Below the pieces are notes generated by a model. That model was not told the origin of the DNA, made no database searches, and worked only from the letters and a program-made list of their open reading frames with translations. The translations under genes and the position numbers were made by a program. Below, piece by piece: positions 16,402 to 25,090 of a DNA stretch of 64,000 bases. How positions within the stretch are numbered: the stretch's first letter is position 1; the number at the start of each line of letters is the position of its first letter. Source of the DNA: an uncultured Candidatus Binatia bacterium (GTDB lineage: Bacteria; Desulfobacterota; Binatia; HRBIN30); assembly GCA_964534275.1 (NCBI GenBank), contig CAZHQG010000001.1, positions 93,540-157,539 of the forward strand, given 5' to 3'.

Positions 16402-18852
16402 ATGATGGTTGCGACGAGTGGATGGAAGCAAGGAATCTTCGGTGCCATCGCAGCAGCGATGCTCGGGAGCGCATCTCCGGCAGTCGCCGTTTGCCCGGGC
16501 GATTGCAATGGAGATGGGCGCGTCGACATCAACGAGATCGTCTCTGCCGTGAACATTGCCTTGCAGGTCAGCTCGGTCTCTGTGTGTCCGGCCGCAGACG
16601 TCAGCGGCGATGGCGAGGTGACCGTCGACGAGATCCTGCAGGGGGTGCGAGCCGCGTTGGAAGGATGCCCGGCAACCCCCACGCCCACACCTGAGTTGCC
16701 GACGGCAACCGAGATTCCGACCGGCACACCGACACCAACCGGCACGACGCCACCGGAAGGTTCTCCTACGCCGTCGCCGACGGGCTCCCCTGCGGTCGAG
16801 CCCACGCCTGTCGGGCAAGGGGTCAAGTCGGCGATCGTAGGTGCGGCCTTCAATGAAAACGGGCAGTTGCAGGTGGTCTTTACCTTGACCGACGATGCTG
16901 GCGCGCCGCTGACCCCTGTCCTTTCGGCCACCCAGAACCCGCGCGAAGCCCGCGTTCGCTTCACCGTGGCACACGTCGAGCAGTACTCCGGAGGCGGGGA
17001 ATTCAATCGGCAATTCGATCGCTACGTGAACGATATCAATCGGACCCGGCCTGCTTACGATTCAGGTGGAACGCTGGAAACCATCGATGCTGCGCGTGGC
17101 CGATACCGGTACACGTTCCGGACCCAAGTGGCGAACGTCATCGCAGACGCCACATACACGGTTGCGCTGCAGGTCGACCGGACCCTCGATGGCGTCTTGC
17201 GAAGCTCCAATCCCGTGTTCGACTTCGTACCGGCCGGCGGCACACCTCGCATTCGTGAGGGCAGCACCACGGCCCAGTGCAATACCTGCCACGACCCGCT
17301 GATCCTTCACGGAAACCGTCGCGAGTTTCGCCTGTGCACGGTTTGCCACACAGAAGAGGCGGTCGATGCGAAGGGTACGAGCATCGGCATGGGCGTCATG
17401 GTGCACAAGATCCACCGAGGCAAGGAGTTACCATCGATCGTAAGGGGTGCTCCGGGCGCGAAGTACGCCATTTACAGCAGTTTCCTGCGACAGGATATCG
17501 TGTTTGCAGAAAAGCAGCCGGACGGCCGCGTCACTGGTGTCGGGTTTCCTCGGGCAATCGAAGATTGCTCCGTGTGTCACGCCAACGGAGCAACCGCAGA
17601 GTACCACCGCACGCGCCCGAGCACGGCGGCCTGCGCGGCGTGTCATGACGATGTGAACCCATCGCTGCAGGAAACCGCTGCTGGCCCGCCCGGGACGAAC
17701 CACTTTCAGGGTCGGGGGTTTGCCGATGGGGACTGCGCGTTCTGTCACGAGCCGGATTCGGGGAAGGAGTTCGACGTGTCTGTCGCCGGAGCTCATGTGG
17801 TGCCCGGTCGGTCTCGGCAACTGGCCGGGCTGGATGTGCAAATCACCGGGCTGGAAGACCACAATCCCGGGCTCGTTCCGCTGGTCTCGTTCCGGGTGAC
17901 GGACCGCTCGGGTACTCCGTTGACGCAACTTTCCGGCTTGAACCGCCTGGCCTTCACGCTGAGCGGCCCGACCACGGAATACTCGAAGATGCTCGTGGCC
18001 ACAGCAGTAGGCGGTGGAGCTGCTGGGACGCTGACTGGTCCCGACGCACAGGGTACGTTCACGTACCGGTTGCCATTTCCCTTGCCCGCGGATGCCACGG
18101 GCACGTGGGCGATCGGAACCGAAGCTCGGCGACAGGTCACCCTGGCCGCAGTCGATCCGATCGAGCCGAAAGTGTTCCAAGAAGCTGCACGAAACCAGGT
18201 GGTGACCTTTAGCGTGGATGGTTCGGCACCGGTGGTACGCCGCGAGGTGGTGGAGGACCAACGCTGTGCCCAGTGTCATGGGGAATTCTCGGTGGATTTC
18301 AGCGTTCACGGAAATTTGCGCAATTCCATCGAGTACTGCGTTGTTTGTCACAACCCGGAGCAAACTGACGGCGCTCGCCGCGCGCGCGATCCACAAGCCG
18401 TAGCCCGAGGCGAAGACACTGCCACCATCGACTTCAAAGTGCTGATTCACAAAATTCACACGGGCGAGGACCTCGAACAAAAGCCCTACGTCGTTTACGG
18501 GTTCGGGCTCCCGCCGACGAACTTTACCCGCTTCGATTTCTCCGAGGTGCTTTTCCCCGGAGATCGCCGCAACTGCCAAACTTGCCATCTGCCGCAAACG
18601 TACTTGATCCCGCCCTTCCCGGGGCCCGCCCGCGGCTCGTTGCTGACCCACCTGGATCCAGCCACCGGCAGTGAAGTGGCTCACGGCCGCCTTGGCCCGA
18701 TCACTGCAGCTTGTACCTCGTGCCACGATGGAACTGCTGCAGCGGCGCACGCGGCAACGCAGACCACGAGCGCTGGGCAGGAGGCGTGTGCGGTGTGCCA
18801 CGCCGAGGGGCGGAGCTTCCCGGTGTCGGGTGCGCACGCGCGGGTCTTCTAA
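16402..18852 (+). CDS. Secreted decaheme c-type cytochrome with an N-terminal dockerin-like module and a Pro/Thr-rich linker
   Basis: GAGGGGGG RBS, then signal peptide MMVATSGWKQGIFGAIAAAMLGSASPAVA. Dockerin-like repeats: CPGDCNGDGRVDINEIVSAVNIALQ and CPAADVSGDGEVTVDEILQGVRAALEGCP. A PT linker (TPTPTPELPTATEIPTGTPTPTGTTPPEGSPTPSPTGSP) follows. There are 10 CxxCH motifs (CNTCH, CTVCH, CSVCH, CAACH, CAFCH, CAQCH, CVVCH, CQTCH, CTSCH, CAVCH). Confidence 0.85.
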   Translation: MMVATSGWKQGIFGAIAAAMLGSASPAVAVCPGDCNGDGRVDINEIVSAVNIALQVSSVSVCPAADVSGDGEVTVDEILQGVRAALEGCPATPTPTPELPTATEIPTGTPTPTGTTPPEGSPTPSPTGSPAVEPTPVGQGVKSAIVGAAFNENGQLQVVFTLTDDAGAPLTPVLSATQNPREARVRFTVAHVEQYSGGGEFNRQFDRYVNDINRTRPAYDSGGTLETIDAARGRYRYTFRTQVANVIADATYTVALQVDRTLDGVLRSSNPVFDFVPAGGTPRIREGSTTAQCNTCHDPLILHGNRREFRLCTVCHTEEAVDAKGTSIGMGVMVHKIHRGKELPSIVRGAPGAKYAIYSSFLRQDIVFAEKQPDGRVTGVGFPRAIEDCSVCHANGATAEYHRTRPSTAACAACHDDVNPSLQETAAGPPGTNHFQGRGFADGDCAFCHEPDSGKEFDVSVAGAHVVPGRSRQLAGLDVQITGLEDHNPGLVPLVSFRVTDRSGTPLTQLSGLNRLAFTLSGPTTEYSKMLVATAVGGGAAGTLTGPDAQGTFTYRLPFPLPADATGTWAIGTEARRQVTLAAVDPIEPKVFQEAARNQVVTFSVDGSAPVVRREVVEDQRCAQCHGEFSVDFSVHGNLRNSIEYCVVCHNPEQTDGARRARDPQAVARGEDTATIDFKVLIHKIHTGEDLEQKPYVVYGFGLPPTNFTRFDFSEVLFPGDRRNCQTCHLPQTYLIPPFPGPARGSLLTHLDPATGSEVAHGRLGPITAACTSCHDGTAAAAHAATQTTSAGQEACAVCHAEGRSFPVSGAHARVF

Positions 18853-18954
18853 GGCGCCCACCACGGATGCGGCATGGCAGGATTTCTCCGAATGGGCGGG
18901 TGATGCTCGGACCGTGACCACGTGAGAGTAGGCTGGCACGGCTGGGAGAGGAAG

Positions 18955-20292
18955 ATGCGCTCACCGCTTTGCGGTGTCGTTTGCGTGGTGGCGGTCGGAC
19001 TGAGCGCCTTGGCTCCATCGCATGCCGTGGAGTTCGGAGCCGGACTCTTGGGTACGGGCCAGGTGCGCGAGGGGGATCGGCCAGACTCCACCGAGGTCCC
19101 ATCGAACCTGTACGGTGCGCTGCTTGGCAGCAACCTGCATCACGGCGTAGGCGGGGAGACGTACTTCCGTTTAGCTCGCGATTGGAGCCGAGCAGACGGA
19201 GCGACGGATTTTTATCTGGGATTTGTTCGCGTGCCCGCACGGGGGATCGAATTGTCTCTCGGGCGCCAAACGCTCGACGACGCGCCGGGCGCTCTGTACG
19301 TGGCGGACGCCGGTCGTATCCGCTTCGACCGCGGCGGCCGGTGGGCATTTTCCTTGTTCGGGGGTCAGCCCCGGTACTTCGAGCCGCTGCGCGGGCCGGA
19401 GATCGTCTCGCAGGACGAGCAGTTGTTCGGCGGAAGCGTGCGTCTGCGTTGGTCGCCGCAGGCCACGCTTGCCTTGAGCTTCCTGCAGTTGCAGCGCGAG
19501 CATCGGCGAGTCAACCAGCTAGCCGGTGCCGTGTGGCAACACACGGTGGCGCAGCTTGCTGGTCGTCCCCGCGTGTACGCACTCGCGTCCTATGACGCAG
19601 CGGAGGCCAGTCTACAGCAAGCGACCGTGGGCTCCGGAGTGGCCGTACATCCACGTGTCTTTCTCCGCTTGGAGGGTGCCTACTACAAGCCGCAGGAACG
19701 CTCCAAAGAGGTGTTGCCCGGACTCGATCGCTTTTCGGATCCTCTCTTTGCGCTCTTCTCTGCGAGCAGCCTGAAACAGGGGCGAGCAGGACTCCAGATT
19801 CGCTGGAAGCCCAATGTGTCGTGGTACGTGGACTATGCCTTCCAACGGTTCGAGGAGACACCTGGACGGGCTGTCGATGGCCACCGGGGCAGCGTTGGGT
19901 TCGTCTGGCTTCCGGAAGGAGACGGATTGGAGATGGTGCGCTGGGAGTTTTACACGACCGACAGTCGCGGCGGGCAATTGCAAGCAGGCCGTGCGTACTA
20001 TGAAAACCGAGTGTACGAGCGTGTGCTCCTGCGAGGCAAAATCGAAGTGGCGCGATTCGACAAGATCACGAATCAGTCCGACACGGTCGTCAGCAGCCGC
20101 ATGGGCGTGGCGTACGAGTTGTTCCCCGGCCTGCTGGCCGAGCTGAACGTTGAGGGAAACCGCTCCCCACGGTTCGATCAAGAATTTCGGCTGGGGTTTT
20201 TCCTCACGTACAACGTACACTATCGCGACGGATGGGAAGCGCGGACTCTCGACCGACCCGTGTTGCGATTGCCGGGAGGTTGGGCAGGGTGA
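18955..20292 (+). CDS. Predicted outer-membrane beta-barrel (porin-like) protein, 445 aa, candidate sheath for a porin-cytochrome complex
   Basis: GGAGAGGAAG RBS, then signal peptide MRSPLCGVVCVVAVGLSALAPSHA. The sequence alternates hydrophobic/aromatic amphipathic strands throughout (WAFSLFGG, VRLRWSP, TLALSFLQL, GFVWLP, VRWEFYTT, LGFFLTYNV). It has no cofactor motifs. It sits at the head of the cytochrome operon. Confidence 0.55.
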   Translation: MRSPLCGVVCVVAVGLSALAPSHAVEFGAGLLGTGQVREGDRPDSTEVPSNLYGALLGSNLHHGVGGETYFRLARDWSRADGATDFYLGFVRVPARGIELSLGRQTLDDAPGALYVADAGRIRFDRGGRWAFSLFGGQPRYFEPLRGPEIVSQDEQLFGGSVRLRWSPQATLALSFLQLQREHRRVNQLAGAVWQHTVAQLAGRPRVYALASYDAAEASLQQATVGSGVAVHPRVFLRLEGAYYKPQERSKEVLPGLDRFSDPLFALFSASSLKQGRAGLQIRWKPNVSWYVDYAFQRFEETPGRAVDGHRGSVGFVWLPEGDGLEMVRWEFYTTDSRGGQLQAGRAYYENRVYERVLLRGKIEVARFDKITNQSDTVVSSRMGVAYELFPGLLAELNVEGNRSPRFDQEFRLGFFLTYNVHYRDGWEARTLDRPVLRLPGGWAG

Positions 20293-20948
20293 GGGTCCGG
20301 TTGCCTTGGCAGTTGGCAGCTTGCGCCATGCTGTTCGTGTTGCTTGGCACGGTGGGCTGCCGGCAACTGATGCCGGAAAACTCGTACCTCAAGCGACGGA
20401 GTGTCGAACGGACGCGGTGGAGTACCCGGGACGCGCGCGATCGCTTCGATCACGGCGTACATCGCCGCGCTCTCGATCAAGCCGGGATCAGGTGCGTCGA
20501 CTGCCATTCCTTTGCGTTGCGGATCGAAACCGACGACGAGGAACTCGCGAAGACCCTTTCGGCATACGGGCAGCATCCAGGGAGCGCTGCCTGTCACCCC
20601 TGCCATTTGCCGGGAGAGGACAAAATGTTGGCGGCGCCACGGCGCTGCAATGCCTGCCACCGGAACTTGTGGCCGTTATTGCCCGAAGACCACGCCGCCG
20701 GTTGGCAAACGGCACACGCGGCGGCAAGTCACGCGGACAACGAACGCTGTCAGGACTGCCACCACGAACAAGAGTGCGCCGACTGCCACGCGCGGCGGGA
20801 TTCGATCGAAACCCGTGTGCACGAACGCGGATTTCGCTTCTTCCATTCCATCGAAGCTTGGGCAAACCCGATGAGTTGCAGCAGTTGCCATCGAGCGGAT
20901 TTCTGCATTCAGTGCCATCGGCAGAACGGGATCGGGAGCGCTGGATGA
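20289..20948 (+). CDS. Heptaheme c-type cytochrome, probable lipoprotein (periplasmic OmaB/MtrA-like candidate). GTG start overlaps the upstream stop (GTGA); an alternative ATG is at 20328
   Basis: Signal/lipobox (M)RVRLPWQLAACAMLFVLLGTVGC. Seven CxxCH motifs (CVDCH, CHPCH, CNACH, CQDCH, CADCH, CSSCH, CIQCH) in ~200 aa. Confidence 0.75.
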   Translation: MRVRLPWQLAACAMLFVLLGTVGCRQLMPENSYLKRRSVERTRWSTRDARDRFDHGVHRRALDQAGIRCVDCHSFALRIETDDEELAKTLSAYGQHPGSAACHPCHLPGEDKMLAAPRRCNACHRNLWPLLPEDHAAGWQTAHAAASHADNERCQDCHHEQECADCHARRDSIETRVHERGFRFFHSIEAWANPMSCSSCHRADFCIQCHRQNGIGSAG

Positions 20949-21253
20949 TTTGGCGTTTAAGGACCTTTCTGCTGTTGCTTGCGCTCGCTGGCTGCGGTGA
21001 GGATGCCGCTCCGCAGGGGGAGGATTACGGAAACCTGTTCGCTTCGCCTGCGGGTCTCGAGCTTGTCGCCGAAGAGCACCCTTCTGGCTGGGGACGAGCG
21101 GATTGTTTCTTTTGCCATCCGGCGCAGCGGTTGCACCTCGTGAACCGCAGCGGCGTTGCGGATCTCGACTTGGAATTCATTCGCAACCTGGTACGCAATC
21201 AAGGCGAGGCGAGTTGCGCGTCGTGCCACGGAACCAACGGGGTAGCGCCATGA
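20945..21253 (+). CDS. Small diheme c-type cytochrome lipoprotein (102 aa); ATGA overlap with the upstream gene
   Basis: MIWRLRTFLLLLALAGC lipobox; CFFCH and CASCH motifs. Confidence 0.7.
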   Translation: MIWRLRTFLLLLALAGCGEDAAPQGEDYGNLFASPAGLELVAEEHPSGWGRADCFFCHPAQRLHLVNRSGVADLDLEFIRNLVRNQGEASCASCHGTNGVAP

Positions 21254-21822
21254 GCTTACGTGCGTGGCTATTAACGATGGGTTTGCTTTGCGCGGCCACC
21301 GCGCTGCGAGCGGCCGAAGACGAAAACCCGCACTGGATGCTTCGTCCCGACGGCGAGCCAGACGAGGAAAAGTGTGCCATCTGCCACAATGAGGACATGG
21401 ACTTGTTGTCCTCGAAAGAGGAGACTTGCTTGAGCTGTCACGACCGAACCTTGCACAGCGGATCGGTGGAGCACCTCCGCGCGACCGCGGTTCAGGTTCA
21501 ACGGCAGCTGCCCTCCAAGGAACAATCTGGAGTCGAATTTCCTCTTGCTGAAGATGGCCGCATGTACTGCGGAACGTGCCATTTGTTTCACGACCCTCGT
21601 GTGGCCGAAGAAACCTTGGCCCCACCAAGATCGTTGCCAGAAGGTGGTTTGGCAGCTCGGATTCGCCAAGAGACGGAAGGTCGGGCCGCAACAGTACTGC
21701 GAGCGCGCCCAGATGTCGAAGCCCAGATTTCATTTGCGCCGAAATCCACGGGATTTTTGCGCCTTCCGATCGACGAAAATCAATTGTGCATTGCCTGCCA
21801 CCGTAAGGAGGCCGGGCGGTGA
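21250..21822 (+). CDS. Tetraheme c-type cytochrome (190 aa, periplasmic); ATGA overlap upstream
   Basis: Signal peptide MSLRAWLLTMGLLCAATALRAA; CAICH, CLSCH, CGTCH, CIACH motifs. Confidence 0.8.
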   Translation: MSLRAWLLTMGLLCAATALRAAEDENPHWMLRPDGEPDEEKCAICHNEDMDLLSSKEETCLSCHDRTLHSGSVEHLRATAVQVQRQLPSKEQSGVEFPLAEDGRMYCGTCHLFHDPRVAEETLAPPRSLPEGGLAARIRQETEGRAATVLRARPDVEAQISFAPKSTGFLRLPIDENQLCIACHRKEAGR

Positions 21823-23591
21823 AGTTGTACCGGCTGATCTCCTGGCTGTTGCTCGGTGCTGCGGCGGGCTGCGGAGATCCGGGTGCTCCGCGTTACGCCG
21901 GGACTACTCCGCCGGTGGCGTCCGCCTTCGGGGCCTGTGCTTTTTGTCACGACCCGGAATCCTCGGCCATGCTTCCCGTAGCTGCCAGCTTGAATTGCGT
22001 CGTTTGTCATGTCGATGCCCGGCCAGGGTTCGCTGGCCCGAGGCATCGAACGATTCCTACAGTCTCGTTGGTGCCATCGTTTCCCCCTTCAGGTCATCGC
22101 CTCGGGGTCGAAGCCGCACTTGGTGCGTGCGCCTACTGCCACCACCGAACGGCCGCAGACATCTTGGTCTTTGCAGATCGTCTGCAGTGCGAGACGTGCC
22201 ATACCGCCAGCTTGTCCCCGAATTTCGGACCGAACCATCGAAGTTTGCCAGATGCTGCCATCGTTCCGGCATCGCCTTCGCCACCCCATGTCCTAGGCAG
22301 GGAGGAACAGCAATGGGGAAATTGCGGCCTTTGCCACTATTCCGCGAGCAAAGCGATGGCAGACCGCTTTGGCGCCCCGGGTGAGTTGACCTGTACAACG
22401 TGCCATGTGGAACAAGCTGTGGGCCGATTTGGCCCGGGCCACTACGACCTGCCGGGTACAGCTCGTGTTCCGAGTTCTGCGCCACGTGGCCACCAGCCGG
22501 GCCAAGAGGCCCAGTGGGGTTCGTGTGCGTTCTGTCACAATGCCGAAGCCAGGGCGCTCGAAACGGTGTTGGGATCTCCCGCGGAACTAGAGTGTTCTAC
22601 CTGCCACGAAGATCGAACGCCCGGGCGCTTCGGGGCTGGGCACCGTGGGCGACCGGATCGTAGTTTGGTGCCGGATGCGCCTCGCGATCCACATCGTCCT
22701 TTACCGGATGCTGCAGCCTCCGGCAGTTGTGCTTTTTGCCACGCGGGCTTCGCCAACAACATTGCCTCCGTCGTCGGGGAGTTGGCATGCACCACTTGCC
22801 ACCGGGAGCAACTGGCGGGGCAGTACGGTCCGGGGCACCGCGAGCGCACCAATCCGGACCTCGTGCCGGCCTTTGTCGGGGCGGACCACAAGTTGGGTGC
22901 TCTCCGCCCGTTCGGTGCGTGTGCCTTCTGCCATCGGGACATCGGGGAAAACGTGGTAGCCAGCGATGCCGGCGACTTGGGATGTATGCTTTGCCACGAA
23001 AAGCGGTTGGCCGAGTTCGGGCCTGGGCACCGCTCTCTGCCCAGTGCGGCGCTCGTGCCGAGTTTCGTGGGCGTTCGTCACGACAGTGGCCCGGCACGCA
23101 CGTTTGGTTCGTGTGCATTTTGTCACCGGTCGACCACGAATCGTGCCCTTGAGTTTACCCATGGGCGCCTCGAGGTGTCGTGCGAACTCTGTCACGCCGA
23201 GGCGACCAGCGAGAGGTTCGGTCCAGGCCATCAAAGCATCGTTTCGTGCATTGCGTGTCACGGCACGGACCGAAAAACCCACCAAGACCCGAACCAAGGA
23301 ACCGCGTACGAGTGCGCTGTTTGTCACGAGCCGCATGGCAGTGAAAACTTGTTCTTGATTCGCGAACAGCTCACGACCCCCAGTGGCCGTACGGCGCCGG
23401 TGCGGTTCGATAACCTGCGCGGTGTGGCTGACGGCGGCTTTGCCGGAGCATCCACGCCGGGCACGGGCCTGTGCGAAGTATGCCACACGAACACGCGGTT
23501 TTTCCGCAGCGATGGCACGGGGGAGCCACACCTGACGTTCCCATGCTTTACGTGCCATCCACACGCGCTCGGCTTCTCGGTGAGACCATGA
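21819..23591 (+). CDS. 18-heme c-type cytochrome lipoprotein built from tandem ~60-aa diheme modules; GTGA overlap upstream
   Basis: Lipobox MKLYRLISWLLLGAAAGC. 18 CxxCH motifs. Repeated module FGPGH-x(5-8)-P-x-(L/V)VP-x(10-20)-G(A/S)CAFCH-x(15-20)-C(T/S)TCH. Confidence 0.85.
   Translation: MKLYRLISWLLLGAAAGCGDPGAPRYAGTTPPVASAFGACAFCHDPESSAMLPVAASLNCVVCHVDARPGFAGPRHRTIPTVSLVPSFPPSGHRLGVEAALGACAYCHHRTAADILVFADRLQCETCHTASLSPNFGPNHRSLPDAAIVPASPSPPHVLGREEQQWGNCGLCHYSASKAMADRFGAPGELTCTTCHVEQAVGRFGPGHYDLPGTARVPSSAPRGHQPGQEAQWGSCAFCHNAEARALETVLGSPAELECSTCHEDRTPGRFGAGHRGRPDRSLVPDAPRDPHRPLPDAAASGSCAFCHAGFANNIASVVGELACTTCHREQLAGQYGPGHRERTNPDLVPAFVGADHKLGALRPFGACAFCHRDIGENVVASDAGDLGCMLCHEKRLAEFGPGHRSLPSAALVPSFVGVRHDSGPARTFGSCAFCHRSTTNRALEFTHGRLEVSCELCHAEATSERFGPGHQSIVSCIACHGTDRKTHQDPNQGTAYECAVCHEPHGSENLFLIREQLTTPSGRTAPVRFDNLRGVADGGFAGASTPGTGLCEVCHTNTRFFRSDGTGEPHLTFPCFTCHPHALGFSVRP
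22104..23319 (+). repeat. Tandem intragenic repeats (about six ~180-bp diheme modules) inside the 18-heme cytochrome gene
   Basis: The recurrent protein strings FGPGH, CAFCH and C(T/S)TCH occur at regular spacing; the coordinates are approximate. Confidence 0.65.
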
Positions 23592-25090
23592 ACGCACGGC
23601 CAGCATTGTGGCGGAATCCTTGGACACTCTTGGGCGGCACGATTGCGGTGCTCGCGTTCGTGTCCTTCGTGTTCCTTTGGGTGTACGACACGTTGAGCCC
23701 CGGGCCTTCGGCTCCGTATGCGGGCATTGTGATCTTTGTCGTGACGCCGGCCATTATGCTCACGGGGATGGCCGTGGCGTTTTGGGGCTGGTGGTGGAAC
23801 TGGCGCCGGTGGCGCCGGATGGGGGGCGAGCGGGTGGTGCCGTGGCCGGTGATCGATCTGAACGATGCGCCGGTGCGTTGGAAGCTCGCGGCTGCGGCGG
23901 TTGCGGGAACAGCTTTTTTGTTTCTTTCTGCCTTTGGCGCTTTTCAGGCGTACGAAGCCACGGAGTCGGTTCGCTTTTGCGGAGAGTTGTGCCACGCAGT
24001 GATGGGCCCGGAGTACACCGCTTACCAAGTTTCCCCACACGCCCGAGTGGCTTGCGTGGAGTGCCACGTAGGCTCCGGGGCCGACTGGTACTTGCGCTCG
24101 AAGGTTTCCGGGCTTCGCCAACTATACGCGTATCTGACCGACACCTATCACCGACCCATCCCCGTGCCCGTGCACAACTTACGACCCGCTACGGAAACGT
24201 GCCAGACGTGCCACTGGCCGGAAAAACAGTCCGGCTACATCGCGCGGCGATATGTGTACTTTTTAGCGGACGAGCAGAACACGCGCTGGGAAACTGACAT
24301 GGAACTGTTCGTTGGCGGGGGTCGGCCCGGAGTGCCCGGGTCTGGGGGAATCCACTGGCATATGCAAATCGAGCATACCGTAGAGTACGTTGCCGCCGAT
24401 CCGGAAAGGGCGACGATCCCATGGGTGCGCACCACGAACCGCTTCACTGGCGAGACGACGCTGTACCGTTCGGCTGATGCCGAAGGCGAGGTGCCGGCGA
24501 GCGCCACGTGGCGGGAGATGGACTGCATGGATTGCCACAACCGGCCCGCGCACATCTTTCGTTCCCCCCGCGACTTGGTAAACGGGGCACTCGCTGCCGG
24601 GGCGCTGGATCCGACTCTTCCTTCGCTGAAGCAAATCGCCATCGAGTTGTTGGCTGATGAATACGCGACAACCGACGCAGCGTTGGCTGCCCTCGGGTCT
24701 GGGCTGCGCCAGTTCTACGCGGAAAACTTCCCGGAGGTGGCAGAGCAAAAACGTGAAGCCATCGAGCACGCGACGGCCGAGCTGCAGCGGATGTACCGGG
24801 AGAATTTCTTCCCGGAAATGAAAGTGCGTTGGGATGCGTACCCGTCGCACGCTAGCCACCTGTTCTCGCCCGGATGCTTTCGTTGCCATGACGGGCGCCA
24901 CGAGGCTGACGATGGCCGCGTGATTCGAAGCGACTGCAATCTCTGCCATGTCGTTCGCGCACAAGGGCCGCCTGAGCGCAAGCAGTATGCAGCTTCCGCG
25001 GCAGGGCTGGAATTCGAGCACCCGGCCGACGTGGGTACAGACTGGAAGGAGTCGCCCTGCCACGAATGCCACTCCGGTGCCGCGCCGTGA
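23588..25090 (+). CDS. Inner-membrane-anchored 7-heme c-type cytochrome (2 N-terminal TM helices; ImcH/NapC-NirT-like candidate quinol dehydrogenase); ATGA overlap upstream
   Basis: MNARPALWRNPWTLLGGTIAVLAFVSFVFLWVY (TM1), then GIVIFVVTPAIMLTGMAVAFWGWWWNWRRWRR (TM2 plus a Trp/Arg-rich segment). Seven CxxCH motifs (CGELCH, CVECH, CQTCH, CMDCH, CFRCH, CNLCH, CHECH). Confidence 0.8.
   Translation: MNARPALWRNPWTLLGGTIAVLAFVSFVFLWVYDTLSPGPSAPYAGIVIFVVTPAIMLTGMAVAFWGWWWNWRRWRRMGGERVVPWPVIDLNDAPVRWKLAAAAVAGTAFLFLSAFGAFQAYEATESVRFCGELCHAVMGPEYTAYQVSPHARVACVECHVGSGADWYLRSKVSGLRQLYAYLTDTYHRPIPVPVHNLRPATETCQTCHWPEKQSGYIARRYVYFLADEQNTRWETDMELFVGGGRPGVPGSGGIHWHMQIEHTVEYVAADPERATIPWVRTTNRFTGETTLYRSADAEGEVPASATWREMDCMDCHNRPAHIFRSPRDLVNGALAAGALDPTLPSLKQIAIELLADEYATTDAALAALGSGLRQFYAENFPEVAEQKREAIEHATAELQRMYRENFFPEMKVRWDAYPSHASHLFSPGCFRCHDGRHEADDGRVIRSDCNLCHVVRAQGPPERKQYAASAAGLEFEHPADVGTDWKESPCHECHSGAAP

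Noticed and set aside
16690-16810. Repetitive ccg/acg-rich DNA resembling a short tandem repeat or CRISPR-like array
   Set aside because: It is in-frame coding sequence for the Pro/Thr-rich linker of the decaheme cytochrome. There are no spacer/repeat periodicity and no cas genes.
13983-17006. Track ORF extends the hydrolase gene about 840 nt upstream to 17006
   Set aside because: The extension is antisense to the decaheme cytochrome gene. A proper signal peptide with a GGAGG RBS begins at Met281 (~16166).
20328-20330. ATG at 20328 as the start of the heptaheme lipoprotein instead of GTG 20289
   Set aside because: It is not excluded. The GTG start gives a better signal-peptide n-region (MRVRLPWQ) and fits the operon-wide 4-nt overlap pattern, so I preferred it and list the ATG as an alternative.
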